The notes below the pieces were generated by a model that was given only the letters and a program-made list of their open reading frames with translations, had not been told where the DNA came from and did no database searches. Shown one piece after another: positions 1-13,290 of a stretch of 64,000 nucleotides of DNA. The stretch is from Carcharhinus longimanus. Its lineage: Eukaryota. A program made the position numbers and the translations under genes. The number at the start of each line of letters is the position of its first letter. Within the stretch, counting starts at the first letter, position 1. The stretch is from the NCBI GenBank assembly GCA_030264375.1, contig JASCQW010000154.1, positions 4,182,691-4,246,690 on the forward strand, written 5' to 3'.

Positions 1-180
1 TCTATCCACCTGAGTGGCAACCTTCAGAGATCTGTGGATATGAACCCCAAGATCTCTTTGTTCCTCCACATTCCTCAGAACCCTACCGTTGACCCTGTAA
101 TCCGCATTCAAGTTTGTCCCACCAAAATGAATCACCTCGCACTTATCAAGGTTAAACTCAATCTGCCACTTTTCGGCTCA
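1..180 (-). mobile_element. CR1-clade LINE ORF2 fragment
   Basis: Minus strand translates AEKWQIEFNLDKCEVIHFGGTNLNADYRVNGRVLRNVEEQRDLGVHIHRSLKVATQVDR, typical of the CR1 RT C-terminal region. Confidence 0.85.
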
Positions 181-3100
181 GCTCTGAATACCTGAAGGGG
201 AGAAATTTGCACTGGGGAAAGCGTGGTGCGATGTAACTAAATGGATAGTTCTATCACTTAACAAGCAAGGGCCTGATGGGCCGAATGGCCTCACTCCGTG
301 TTCTGAAATTGCATTACTTCATTGGGCTTTTCTTGCAACTTCTGTGAAACCATTGGCCACAGCTGGTTTGAAAACAAACTTTGGAAGGAAGAAGAATGAG
401 AGTACATTAACATCAAAACATTGGTTTCAGCTACAGGTTCGAAGCAAAACAGAGAAACATTCTACACATTTCTGTGCCTTAATAGAATTTTGAATTTCTG
501 ATTGAGAGATAATGGTTCCTTTTTGTACCATTCAGGATTAGAACTTTTCACTTCACAACACGTGCTAGGAAAGGCAGGGTCAATGGGGCGTGGAATTTAT
601 TTATTTAGCAAGTACATAGTCACAGAGCCAATCAATATTCGTGTCAGTGACTAGATAGAGTTTTTAAAGCCAACCTTCAAGTTTAGTCAGCGGATACTCC
701 TGGACAATATGAGTCATTGTTTAGGCTGATCCACAGCTGCAGCTTGGATGGTCATGGCGCCCTCAGTGATGTTGTGTGACTGCGCAGACGCATTTCAAAG
801 TCTGGAAGCGCTTTAAAAAGGCCCTCTGTTGCTATGGGAGACGAAAGCCGGGCGGAGGAGCAGTGGGATCAAACGATGAGAAGTGGTTTCTGGTGGATGT
901 TTTCACCTGCCAACACTCCTCCTATAGGTCTTCAGATGCTACTCCTCAGCGCGCTGGGTTTAACCACATGGGGCGGAATGAAAGAAGATGCACTGCTTGT
1001 CGGTGCGGAGGTCATCGAATTAGGGTACGTTCAAGTTAGAGTAGATCTTGCCCAATAGCTAACTGGTTGCAATTAAATGCCTGATGGGCGATGGGGCAAT
1101 GTTTCGCAGGACTAGGAACGGCCGGGGTGNNNNNNNNNNNNNNNNNNNNNNNNNNNNNNNNNNNNNNNNNNNNNNNNNNNNNNNNNNNNNNNNNNNNNNN
1201 NNNNNNNNNNNNNNNNNNNNNNNNNNNNNGGGGGGGGGGGAGCGGGGTGGGATGAGTTGGTCGATGAGTACGTGTAATTATGGTAATTGTTAAGTGAATT
1301 TAGTGTGGAGAGAATGGTGCCATACTGAGGTACAGTATTCTGCAGTTGAGTACGTGTTGCCAATGGATCAGCGTTCTTGTCGCGATTAGCCAATCATCCT
1401 TCTAGCAAACCACATTCAACAAGTCTACACTGGAAAAATCCCAGCATCATGGAATCCAGAAAACACCAGCAATGTGAAATCTCGCCATTCCCATACCGCT
1501 GGATCCGCACATTGCATTCTGCAACTCAGTGTTGAGGGATTATCTACAGTCAAGAGACACATTGTCAGACCAATAACACGACATCAATGTTAGGTACATA
1601 CCAGAAACACGTGGCCCATTTGCTGAACCTGAAGATTCAGTTTTCGACTTGATATGCCATTTTACATATCCTAAGCATGGTCGTGCCACACTTAACCAAG
1701 AAACCCAATTCACCATTCATGATCTACAGTGTAACCAGAGACGAGTTCCCCATTTCTCTATCCTTCTGGATTTGGAAAAATTGGTGAGTGGACAGACGTA
1801 ATTGCAATTGCATTTATTTGGGATCTTCAGCCTAAGAAAACGGCAGAAGTTACTTTACAGGGGCGTTAACACATTCATTTCTGTGTATGTCTGAAGCACA
1901 ATTTGACATCAAGCTGCATAGGGAGATGTTCGGGCATGCGTCTAAAAGAGGACAAAAGGGGAGGTTTTAGGGAAAACCTCAAAGGAGTGGAGAGGTATGA
2001 GGTTGGCTGTAGGGGGAAGGATTCTTCTCACTAAGGTCTAGACAACTGATCGTTTGATCGCCATTCGTGCAGTGCTGAAAATACAGAGACAAAGAAACAG
2101 CTGCTCAGCACCATATTAGGACATACATAAACCCACGTAAGGGGAATGATTAAGGCGTAACTGGAAATAAATGACAATGATTCAATGCCATGTATAAGAC
2201 ATAAACCTCCAGAAAAGAATATGCTAATGTATCTGCACAGTTAATTACTTTAATAAATTAGAATGCTGTCTATTTTGCCTAACGATGCACAAAGGTTTTC
2301 AGTTAGATAAAGTCAATATTGCCGTAAAATGAAAAAGCGCCTATTATATCATGTTGTCAAAAGTTATCCTATTTCATGGCAGGCCCCGATCTGCTAATTT
2401 GTGTTATGACAATTTCGTAAAATATATCTACACATAAATGCGTCATATGAAATGAATGTTAACAAGCTGAAAGATGATTTTGAACATTCTTTTAATATAC
2501 GTGTAAATACTTTATTTTTATATATTGTAGCTAATTGTTATTGTTAAAATTATTGCCATTCTTAGTTACATGTATCTAGATACACATTTTTGTTAACGAT
2601 AAGTGACATCTTATGCAAAAGTGACACAATTTTTTCTCAGAATGATTTCGCTTCTATCCTATCTTCACACGGGGCCAGACTCTCAAGTTATTAAAATGTT
2701 TATGATTTTTAATTTTTAAAATGTTTTAATGTTTTAAATGTTCTAATCATTTTGAAAGTAATAAGCAATCTTGTGAAACAATCGAAGAAAGTGAGTGGGT
2801 TGCAGATGATACTGCCGACTTCTGAGCTGCAACACAGATACAGTAAATAATTCCACAACTAATTCAGGAATCATTATTCAAAATTGAAAGTACGAACGAC
2901 AAATACTTATTTTCTTCTTACTCCAAAATAAGTAAACAAAATATCATTATAATAGCAATTTCGGACATTAACAGCGAAATTGGACATAATCAAGCCCCCC
3001 GAAACAGATCGAAATTGATACAATACATTTTCTTCGAATGATTTGGGATAAGTTTACTTTGTTACATGTGTTGCTTCGGAACGCTGGCTATAAGTATTTT

Positions 3101-3864
3101 GAGAAGTTATGCTCATAAAATATAATAGAATTAGCATACTGTACTATTACGGCAAACTATTAATTGCATGAATTATAAAATAGTAAATTAATATAACATA
3201 ATTAACCGTGAAAGTATTTATTTACTTATTCATTTGATTTCTTTTGCTGAAAAATGGTGTAGATTAGAAAATTTTTTATATTTGCATTTGTAAATTTTGA
3301 GCGAGTAGTTATATCTATGACTTTATTTTTGCACTTTGATAAGCAGCTACAAACTGGGTACATTTTTGGTTTTTATGACACGATTATAGAATACAAATTA
3401 CCATCGGTATAAAATGAAACTGCGTTACACTGAAAACTATGCAAAACAAGGCTTATTTATAGTTAGAATAGATAACATATAATTCCAAACAAGCAGCCGC
3501 GCCCCGGAAGAGTCGTATTTACAGAAACTGTAGTGAGAATTGAATAGTCGTTCAACATCTTGATCATGTATAATCAGCTAGCTTGCATTCCAGCATGAAT
3601 GATAAATTATTCTCTATTTTGGTATACGTCAATTTCATGTTAAAACATTAGTTTTCAACGATAACTATTGAAGTCCGTTAATAGCGCCATTAACTGCGAT
3701 TGGATTGGCATCCATTCCAGAGAATACCCAAAAATATTCAATGTCACTCGGAAATAGGTTATTCCTCGACACGTCACGAGAAAAGATATTCACCTTATGT
3801 TGACTTATTTCTCCAATTAGATTCAACTGACCACGTAAAGAAATGATTAAGGTCGTCCGTTCGT

Positions 3865-3976
3865 CCTCCCTCCCGCCCTTCTTCCTTCATTCCTTCCCTC
3901 CCTCATTCCTTCCTTTTCATCCTACCTCATTCCCTCTTTCCTTCCTGCCTCCCTTCCTTCTTCCTTTCCTTCTCTT
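3865..3976. repeat. (CCTT)n-like polypyrimidine low-complexity tract
   Basis: Degenerate cctt/ccttc repeats. Confidence 0.9.
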
Positions 3977-4024
3977 ATGGTTCGTGCTTGGCAGCCTCTG
4001 GTATATCTGCGAAGCCTCAATGTA

Positions 4025-4295
4025 TGTAGAGTGACGTAGTGGTATTGACTTGTAATCCAGCGACAAAGGATAATGCTGAGGACCAGGGGTCACATCCCAT
4101 CATGGAAGATAATGAAATTTCAATTCACGAAAAATCTGGAATTAAATGCCTAATGATGACCATGGAACCACTGTCGATTGTCGGAAAAAGCCACTTGGTT
4201 CACTAATGTCCTTTAGGGGAGGAAATCTGCCGTCCTTACCTGGCCTGGCCTACACGTGACTCCAGAGCCACAGCAATGCGCTTGACTCTCAAAAG
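4025..4295 (+). mobile_element. tRNA-derived SINE body (MetaSINE-like central domain)
   Basis: Degenerate A/B-box head plus GGAAATCTGCCGTCCTTACCTGGCCTGGCCTACACGTGACTCCAG. Family name recalled, not searched. Confidence 0.6.
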
Positions 4296-4329
4296 AATCT
4301 CACTGAAATCCACCCCCCCCCCCCGCCCC

Positions 4330-4990
4330 CGTCAACATCCTTGGGGTTACAATAGACCAGAAACTCAACTAGATTCACCACATAAACACAGTGGCTGCAA
4401 GAATAGGTCAGAGGCTAGGAATAACTCACCTACTGGCTCCCAAAAGCCTATCCAACATTTATAAGGCACAAGTCAGGAGTGTGATGGAATACTCCCCACT
4501 TGCCTGGATGGGTGCAGCTCCAGCAATACTTAAGAAGCTTGACACTATCCAGGACAAAGCAGTCCACTTGATTGGCACCACATCAACAAACATTCCATCC
4601 CTCCACCACAGGCGTTCAGTAGCAACAGTGTGTACTATCTACAAGATGCACTGCAGCAATTCACGAAAGATCCTTAGACAGCATCTTCCAAACCCCAACC
4701 ACTTCCATCTAGAAGGACAAGGGCAGCAGATAAGTGGGAACACCACCACCTGCATGTTCCCCTCCAAGCCACTCACCATTCTGACTTGGAAATATATCGC
4801 CGTTCCTTCGCTGGGTCAAAATTCTGGAAATCCCTCTCTAATGGCATTGTAGGTCAAATCACAGAATATGGACTGCAACGATTCAAGAAGGCAGCTCACC
4901 ATCACCTTGTCAAGGGCAACTAGGCATGGGCAATAAATGCTGGCCAGCTAGCGATGCCCATGTCCCACGAATGAATAAAAGGAATAAAAA
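4330..4990 (+). mobile_element. LINE (CR1/L2 group) 3' fragment with tail
   Basis: ORF 4391-4852 contains IYKAQVRSVMEYSPLAWMGA...LDTIQDKA...LHHRRSVA (post-RT region). Tail GGGCAATAAATGCTGGCC...GAATGAATAAAA. Confidence 0.85.
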
Positions 4991-7900
4991 TTCCCCTGGG
5001 ATGCGCAATTAATGCTGGCCCAGGATGCCCACATCCAATGAACAAACTAAAAGAAGCTTTTTAACATATATTTCCCGAAATTATTCACAGTTGTACACAT
5101 ATTAAAGCATATGGGTGGGTAAATAACACCAGGGAATGACAGCGCTAGTATACAAACCATGGGAATGAGACTGTTTAAGGATACGCGGTCATTTTATATT
5201 TATTTAAGCTGCAGAATGCTTTATCTCGTAACTTTGTTAACTCGCCAATTAAAGAAATGCTTTACAATTAAAAGTAGATTGCTGAGAAAAAGTCATGCTT
5301 TCCAGGTTTATTCTGCAAACAACTGGTTGTACGTTTCATTTCGATTTAGATATAACAACACAATTCAAATTCGTGTAAACATGCTGCTTAGACATTCCGA
5401 GCACGTCTCCTGGGGGAGGTGTTTTACACAAAAACATGCAATATTTGGATAATTCTAAATTTTGAATTTAAGACATGCGTGAATATCTCTTTAAAACCGA
5501 TGGAAAATGTTTCCTTAATCCTGATAAATAGGGGAATGAATTCGGATGTCTACAGAATGGTTATAAATTAATGTATGATTTGCTTGTTCTCCGGCCCATT
5601 GATTCCACCATGTTTTGGCTAAATGTAAATTGAACTACTTGTCTTCTCATTTTTTACAAGACGCTAATGGCGGAACAGCCATGATCGACACGTGTTGCGT
5701 GTGATCTCAAACGTGCTGAGTAATTCATAATCAAGAAATTATTTTATGCTTGGTTTAAGGTTATAAATAGAAGCTTCTTTCTGCTTCGGGGATTGCATGT
5801 GGCTCACGTCAATGGGATGTGTTTTCTGCAGGACCTGAGACGCCACAATTCTATTCCCATATGTAGCTAATATCAACAACTCAACTTTGATGTTTCCAAA
5901 AACTAACTTGGATGGCATATCCGATTTATCAATGATTTTTCAAAATACTGTGCTGAATCTGTATCAATGTCTCGGTAAGATTTTATTGTTACAATTGCTC
6001 TCATACCTTATATCTGTCTTATATAGTGTTCATACATTTGAATCGTTCGTTGTGTTTAGATAATGTTGTTATAGTCAACGCTTTTGGTTGCGCATAAATA
6101 TTGATTTCTGTTGCCAATAACATCCGGTTGACGACACTTAAGTTATGATGCAATGTCCGGTCTGCATTATTTTAGTTTTCCGTTCGGATGTCAACTTATT
6201 TCATTGGTAATTTCCTCCAATGTCTTGGAATTTCTCTTAATTTTTGTTTTGTGTTCTACCAATTTAAATATGCTATTCTGTACGTTTCTCAGACACTGAC
6301 TGGAATGCAGCAACAAATCTCTCTCTCGCCTGCTTTACCCGATTTAGCAACCATCGGCATGTATGGCATGTAAAGCCGACAAAACATTCTAACAGAAGAC
6401 TATGTTTAATTTATAACTGGTAAATTCTTCCCCTGTTTTATAGAATCCTGAACCAACAATGCTAGTAAGCTTTTATGCCAATCAAATATTGTCTCTGGGT
6501 GCTGCTGTAAAAAAACTTGAATCTTCGTGTCCATAAAATTCTATAATTAATCACGTTCTCTCACGGGGCTTATAGAGTTAGGAAGGCATGCAAAGTCTGC
6601 TTTATTTTTACACATTTGAATCGCACTGGAACAATATCATACAAAGCAGAAAACTAATATTGACAATTAAAGCGTTCGCAAAAGGACATTATAATCATTG
6701 ATTAATAAAATAATCTGGACTCCCAGTGTCCCATGTTGTTTTAATTTCAATCAAACTCAATTAATCTTTTCTTATTCACATTATATAGAATTATATAAAT
6801 ACATAAACTGATATAACCATATAAATCATAAACTAATGTAGAATAAATGTAAAATACGATGTGTGTATGGAACAGTGTGCGTAAAATAATAGAAAAATAT
6901 TGTTAAAAAGATAGGCCATAAACAGCAATATTCTGAGTCAATCAGGACCCAAATCATATTAAATCCTGCCTTGAGAATCAATGATAGTCCAACAGTCGTT
7001 AATTAATGAGTCGTTCACCTCGTTTTGAATAGAAAATATCAACAGCAGAATAAGAGGGGCTTTCTGTGGAAAAAAACAAATGCAACGCCAGACGAGACAT
7101 TTCATTTCGTGCATTATCATGAACACAGCGAGTCACTAATTAACGAATTGAGCAGATAATTAATGCTTGAGTCACTCAATCGGCACAACGAGAATCGATC
7201 CATTTTAAAAAGTGTTCTCCAGATTTGTGGAATGCTTGGAAGAGTTCAGGCAACTCGTTAAAAACGCAATGTTCTGTTTTCACAGCTATGCAGATTTCTT
7301 TTGTTACTAAAGTTATAAAGAGTTGGAACCCATTTGCAAATGTTGTTCTTTGGCTGTAATTTTGGCCAGTCGTAGCATTCTCATTCCTGAGTCAGGGAAT
7401 CATGAACTGTCGCATCACTCCAGGAATTTAAGCATATTATCTAGACTGACACGTCCGTACAGTTCAAAAGAAAGCTGCAATATCCGAAGTGTAGGCTTTA
7501 GATGAGAAGCTGCCTGAGCTGTAATGCTAAATATTTCGTGGATAATAATAGGAAAATGCTCTCGGTGTCCAGAGCAACACCATTTATAATTGGGTGAAAC
7601 ATAGTAATTTCACGTTTATTTCATAGGTGTTAATGGGATTTTGGCCTGCACAAAATTGCTACAATGTTTGTCCACTTAAAGATATTGGCTATGCTTCAAA
7701 TGAATTCATTGTGAATTTCGCTGCAACGTCCCGAGGACTTGAATACCGCTTTATGAATCCAATATTGTACAGATAATATTCAGTAGTCATTCCAATTCTG
7801 AAGTTACTGAATTGAGATAAGGTAACCCCTTTTTATGGAACACAGAAAACCGAGTGTTGAATCCTTTTCTTAATGGGTACTTGCTAATTTCCAAATTCAA

Positions 7901-8078
7901 GATAAACAATGACAATCAGTCAACACCACCAGAAAGAACTCAATAAAAATACACTTTGAGGTAACAAGCTATGCACTATTCTCCATACCATGTTTTATGC
8001 TAAAACAAATGCGCTTATGTTGCAATCTATTGTTCCATTGATATTATTGATATATTATTCTTCTCACGCAGCAGTTAA

Positions 8079-8350
8079 GGACGGCACGGTGGCACAAAGA
8101 TTAGCACTGCTGCCTCACAGCGCCAGGGAGCGGCTTCAATTCCCGACTTGAGTCATTGTCTGTGTGGAGTTTACACGTTCTCCCCGTGTCTGCGTGGGTT
8201 TTCTCCCACAGCCTGAAAGACATGCTGGTTAGGTGCCTTGACCTGAACAGACGCCGGAGTGTGACAGTTAGGGGAATCCCACAGTAACTCATTGTATCGT
8301 TAATGCAACCCTTACTTGTGACTAATAAATAAACTTTTAACTTTACTTTT
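8079..8350 (+). mobile_element. HE1/V-SINE-type tRNA SINE
   Basis: GGCACGGTGGCAC..TTAGCACTGCTGCCTCACAGCGCCAGGG head and TGTGTGGAGTTT.CACGTTCTCCCCGTGTCTGCGTGGGTTT core. Confidence 0.85.
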
Positions 8351-8485
8351 TAAGACTGTCTAATACTCCTCCGACAATGAGAAGCGTGATGATTGTAAAT
8401 GGCCGCTTTGGACCAATCCCTCAACTATCGATTCCAGATTAGTTTATTATCATTAATATAAAATGTAGTGAGATAACAATGAATG

Positions 8486-8755
8486 TGGACGGTATGGAAG
8501 CTCAGTGGTTAGCACTGCTATCTCACAGCGCCAAGGACCCGGGTTCGATTCCAGCCTTGAGCGACCATGTGAGCTTTGCACGTTCTCCCGGTGTTTGCGT
8601 GACTTTCCTCCGGGCATCTCATAATCTAACAATGTGTAGGTTATGTGGATTCGTGGGTAAATACGTGGCGTTACGTCGATCGTTGTGGGTGTGCTCTGCC
8701 AGTGCAGGCTCGATGGGCTGAAAGTCTTCCTTCAGCACTGTAGGGATTCTATGAA
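8486..8755 (+). mobile_element. HE1/V-SINE-type SINE with CR1-derived tail
   Basis: tRNA head CAGTGGTTAGCACTG..GGTTCGATTCC; tail GATGGGCTGAA..CACTGTAGGGATTCTATG. Confidence 0.85.
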
Positions 8756-8879
8756 TAAAGCTGACAACTGTAAATTCCACTAACTTGTACAGCAAAATGT
8801 TTGGATCAAACCACATAAAAAGCGGATATATATTAACTTGCTTTAAATGCTAATGTTTCTGAATGGAAATGTGTTAGGT

Positions 8880-9990
8880 ATACATGGGGAGGTAGTAAAT
8901 TGGATTAGACACTGGCTCAATGGAAGAAGCCAGACAGTGGTTGTAGAGGATTGCTTCTCTGAGTGGAGGCCTGTGACTAGTGGTGTGCACAGTAAAAAGT
9001 CTGACAACACCAGGTTTTAGTCCAACCTATTTATTTGATAATATTCTCACAAGCTTTCGGGTTNNNNNNNNNNNNNNNNNNNNNNNNNNNNNNNNNNNNN
9101 NNNNNNNNNNNNNNNNNNNNNNNNNNNNNNNNNNNNNNNNNNNNNNNNNNNNNNNNNNNNNNNNNNNNNNNNNNNNNNNNNNNNNNNNNNNNNNNNNNNN
9201 NNNNNNNNNNNNNNNNNNNNNNNNNNNNNNNNNNNNNNNNNNNNNNNNNNNNNNNNNNNNNNNNNNNNNNNNNNNNNNNNNNNNNNNNNNNNNNNNNNNN
9301 NNNNNNNNNNNNNNNNNNNNNNNNNNNNNNNNNNNNNNNNNNNNNNNNNNNNNNNNNNNNNNNNNNNNNNNNNNNNNNNNNNNNNNNNNNNNNNNNNNNN
9401 NNNNNNNNNNNNNNNNNNNNNNNNNNNNNNNNNNNNNNNNNNNNNNNNNNNNNNNNNNNNNNNNNNNNNNNNNNNNNNNNNNNNNNNNNNNNNNNNNNNN
9501 NNNNNNNNNNNNNNNNNNNNNNNNNNNNNNNCTGGGACTTGAGAAGCTGAGTTACAGAGAGAGATTGAATAGGTTAGGACTTTATTCCCTGGAGCGTAGA
9601 AGAATGAGAGGAGATTTGATAGAGGTATTTAAGATTTTGATGGGTATAGATAGAGTGAATGCAAGCAGGCTTTTTCCATTGAGGCTAGGGGAGAATAAAA
9701 CCAGAGAGCATGGGTTAAGAGTGAAAGGAGAAAAGTCTAAAGGGAATATTAGGGGGAGCTTCTTCACGCAGAGAATGGTGGGAGTGTGGAATGAACTGCC
9801 GGATACAGTGGTAAATACGGGGTCACCTTTAACATTTAAGAAAAACTTGGGCAGGTTCATGGATGAGAAGGGTGTGTGGAGGGATATGGTCCAAGTGCAG
9901 GCCAGTGGGATTAGGCAAAAAGTGGTTCGGCACAGACAAGAAGGGCCAAAAGGCCTGTTTCTGAGCTCTAATTCTCTATGGTTCTATGGT
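8880..9990 (+). mobile_element. CR1/HER1-like LINE fragments spanning an N-gap (Penelope-like piece at ~8990-9063)
   Basis: LGLEKLSYRERLNRLGLYSLERRRMRGDLIEVFKI...FFTQRMVGVWNELP and a (TTCTATGG)n tail. Confidence 0.9.
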
Positions 9991-10354
9991 GTGGAGCACT
10001 CGTCTGCATCACGCTTCATCACTTGCAAATATCATCTACTTAACGAAGAGAGCTTTCATATTTGTTCCCAGAGTGGTTTGGCTGTTTAGAGAATATCCTC
10101 ATTGTATGACGACTGACAAAAAAGTTGCGTTTGGTGCGAAAGTTTTAAACGTTCGTGCTAACCTCCCACCGCCACGTGGTAAAAGCCAACCTTCCAAAGG
10201 AATATGGGTCGTGCCGCCGCATAACCACTAAAAGTATTCGATCTTCGTCACGGCGGACTGTATGTTAACGTGATGCAACATTAAATAACCAATACTATTA
10301 TTTTCCTGACAGACAGCGCATTTATAAATATTCTGGAATCCATAAATTCCTATG

Positions 10355-10480
10355 CTAAAGTGAAACACTGCAGAGGCTGGAATCTGAAATAAAACCGAAA
10401 TTGCTGGAGGGAATCGGCCGGGAGACAGAGTTTGTGGAGAGAGAAGCAGAGTTTGAGGTTGATGATCTTTCACCAGAATC
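10355..10480 (+). mobile_element. Short Penelope-associated repeat (related copies near 34870-34965, 35335-35390, 41040-41135, 44320-44740, 52345-52490, 55540-55605)
   Basis: Recurrent CTGCAGA.GCTGGAA.TCTGAAATAAAA..GAAA.TGCTGG..TGTGGAGAGA, in several copies next to hammerhead-like cores. Confidence 0.55.
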
Positions 10481-11179
10481 TCTGAGTGTTAAAGGAGAGC
10501 AGGGCCAATCAAGGTCACAGCATCTGCCCCGACGTCAGATGCGGGCCTGATTCTGGACCTACCCCCACAATAGAAGCATGAAGTACTTGCCAGCAACACA
10601 AACCTGACAGAATGACTTCCTTCTTGGAAGATCTTTTAAACCAACCAACAAATACAACTGAAACCATATTACAGTTTCACCATTGTTGATTTCTTTAAGG
10701 CATAAGATTCCCCAGCAGTGATTGCAGTCTTTGCTGGTCACAAGGAGTAGAAAGTGATATTAGTGTAAGAAATGTCTTTTTTCTCTAGTCTGCATTTATT
10801 CTCTCTATTCTTTGTGTATTTTCTTTTCTCCTTGTCTGGCCATCTCCCCCGACATTCTCCTTCTCACCTCTTATTTTTTCGCTGTGTCTTTCTTTGCTAT
10901 TAATCTCTGAACGTATTCATTTCTAATGCTCTCCCCATCTCTTTGCGTTTTTCCTCCTACTTGCACTGTTTCGCATTCTTTCCTTCATTGTGTTCATTCT
11001 CGTTTTCCAAGGTAACAGGAAGCATGAATCATTTCTTTGCTGCTGTGTCTATGAAAAATAAACGTGTAATCTGTAAAAAGCACACGTCAGCTATGACACA
11101 TGTCGAGAAAGGTGATTTGATTCGATTTGATTTATGATTATCACATGTATTAACATACAGTGAAAAGTATTGTTTCTTG

Positions 11180-11395
11180 CGCGGTATACAGACAAAGCAT
11201 ACCGTTCAGAGAGAAGGAAACGAGAGAGTGCAGAATGCACTGTTACAGTCATAGCTAGGGTGTAGAGAAAGATTAAATTAATGCAAGATAGGTCCATTCA
11301 AAAGTCTGACAGCAGCAGGGAAGAAGCTGTTGTTGAGTCGGTTGGTACGTGACCTCAGACTTTTGTACCCTTTCCCCGACGGAAGAAGGTGTAGA
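11180..11395 (-). mobile_element. Rex1/Babar-like LINE 3' fragment
   Basis: CTGACAGCAGCAGGGAAGAAGCTGTTGTTGAGTCGGTTGGTACG.. reads on minus as TNRLNNSFFPAAVRLLN, a typical LINE C-terminus. Confidence 0.65.
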
Positions 11396-11889
11396 ATAGT
11401 AACAGGACTAACCCTAATTGTCTATTGCTTTTCTTTGTGCAATCTTCATTTTAGCCTTTGCAATGTCATTCTATGTGATTCATCTCGTCATTTAATTTGC
11501 TTTGCCCCATTTTTGGCACTGTATCATGTGATATGTCACCCGATCAACATGTTAATTGCGTTTTTGTAACGTATTTCTTCAAACAATGGAGAATTTATGT
11601 AGTGCCTGTAACGTGGAAACGGACTCCAAATGTGCTTCACAGAAGTGTACTTTCAACGAAACAGATTCGGAACTAAAGAAGGAAAGAATAGGAGGATATT
11701 TAATAGCCTGGTTTTGTGTTGGGTGCTAAAGGAAGATGGACTTTTTTGGATATGTCTATGGGATAATTCTAAACCGTGGAGTTCTGGAGTCCTATCAATG
11801 TTGGGTGGAATATGCAGGAGAGCAAAGTTTATTAAAAAAACATAGAATTTGTGAACTGAGTGCAACGACTTAAGCACCAGAAACGACAA

Positions 11890-13290
11890 TAACAAACTTG
11901 ACCCTGCAAAGCCTCGGTGCTTCGGGCAAAATTGGGCGAGGTGCCCCAGAGACTAGCCAGGCAACTGTCTGACCTAGCCATACTCAAGGAATCATATTTT
12001 AAGACAATATGCTAGAAGCCACCATCTTTGGTATGTACTGCCCCACCAGCAGGACAGACCCAGCAGGCGTGGCAGCGGCACAGTAGTGTACAGCTGAGAG
12101 AGAGGTGCCCTCTGGGAGCCCTCAGCATCGACCCTGGACCCCATGAAACCTAGATGAAAAATAGGCAAGGAAACCTCCTTCTGATGACCACGCACAGATG
12201 CACGGTCCCTCCCACCTCAGCTGATGAATTAGTACTCTTTCATGTTGAAAACCAATTGAGGGAAGCAACTGAAGATGACAAGGGCTCAGAATGTAGACAG
12301 GGTAGGGGCTTCAACAAACATCGCCAAGAGTGCCTCGGCTGCACCTGGGTCTACGGTAGATGGCGAGGGAACCAACAATAGGAAAAAGATAATTGACTTC
12401 ACCCTTACTAACCGACATGCCCCAGATGCAACTGTTCATGACAGTATAAGTAGGGGTAGCCACTGCACAGTCTTTGTGGAGACAGAATCCCATCTTCACA
12501 TTGAGGATATCCTCCATCGTGTTGAGTGACATTACCACAGTGCTAAATGGGATAGATTTTGAACACATCTAGCAACTCAAAAACTGAGCTTCCATGAGGC
12601 GCTGTGGGTGATCAATAACAGCAGAATTGTGCTCACGCAGAATCTGTAACCTCATGGCCCTGCATATCCTGCACACTACCATTACCACCAAGCTAGGAGA
12701 TCAATCCAGATTCATTGAGGAGTGCAGGAGGGCATTCCAGGGACAACATCAGGCATACTTAAAAATGATCTGTCACCTGGTGAAGCTAAAACACAGGACT
12801 ACTTGTACGCCAAACAACAAAAGCTCTGCAATCCCACCACATCCAGTGATGAATGCTGGTGGACAATTAAACAACAAACCAAAGGTGGAGACACCACAAA
12901 CATCCCCAACTTCAATGATGGGGAAGTTAAACACTTCAGGGCAAAAGATAAGGCTGAAACATTTGCAATTGAATTTAATGAGAAGTGCCAAGTGGATGAC
13001 CCACCTTGACCTCCTCCAGAAGCCTGGAGTATCGCAAATGCTCGTCTCCAGCCAACTATATTCACTCAAGTAAGGGCTGAAGGCACTGGATACTGCAAAG
13101 ACTATGGGCCATAACAATATTCGACAATGGTACTATAGACATGTACTTCACAGTTTATTATGCCCCTAGTCAAGCTGTTCTAGTACAACCACAACAATGG
13201 CATAAACCTGGCAATGTGGGAAATTCTCCAGGTATGTCCTGTACACAAAAACAGGTCAAATCCAACCTGGTCAATTAGTCAGTTCTCCCT
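11890..13290 (+). mobile_element. Degenerate LINE (CR1/L2 group), endonuclease-to-RT region
   Basis: Frameshifted pieces: IIDFTLTN..HDSISRGSHCTVFVET, KLCNPTTSSDECWWTIKQ, KDKAETFA, LKALDTAKTMG. Confidence 0.8.

Noticed and set aside
8486-8560. tRNA-like sequence
   Set aside because: It is the tRNA-derived head of a SINE, not a tRNA gene.
8980-10089. 369-aa ORF and other ORFs crossing N-runs
   Set aside because: Artefacts of assembly gaps; the real part is CR1 LINE.
10559-10741. Minus-strand ORF containing VIWFQ
   Set aside because: No NRR after it and no helix 1/2 similarity; a short chance match.
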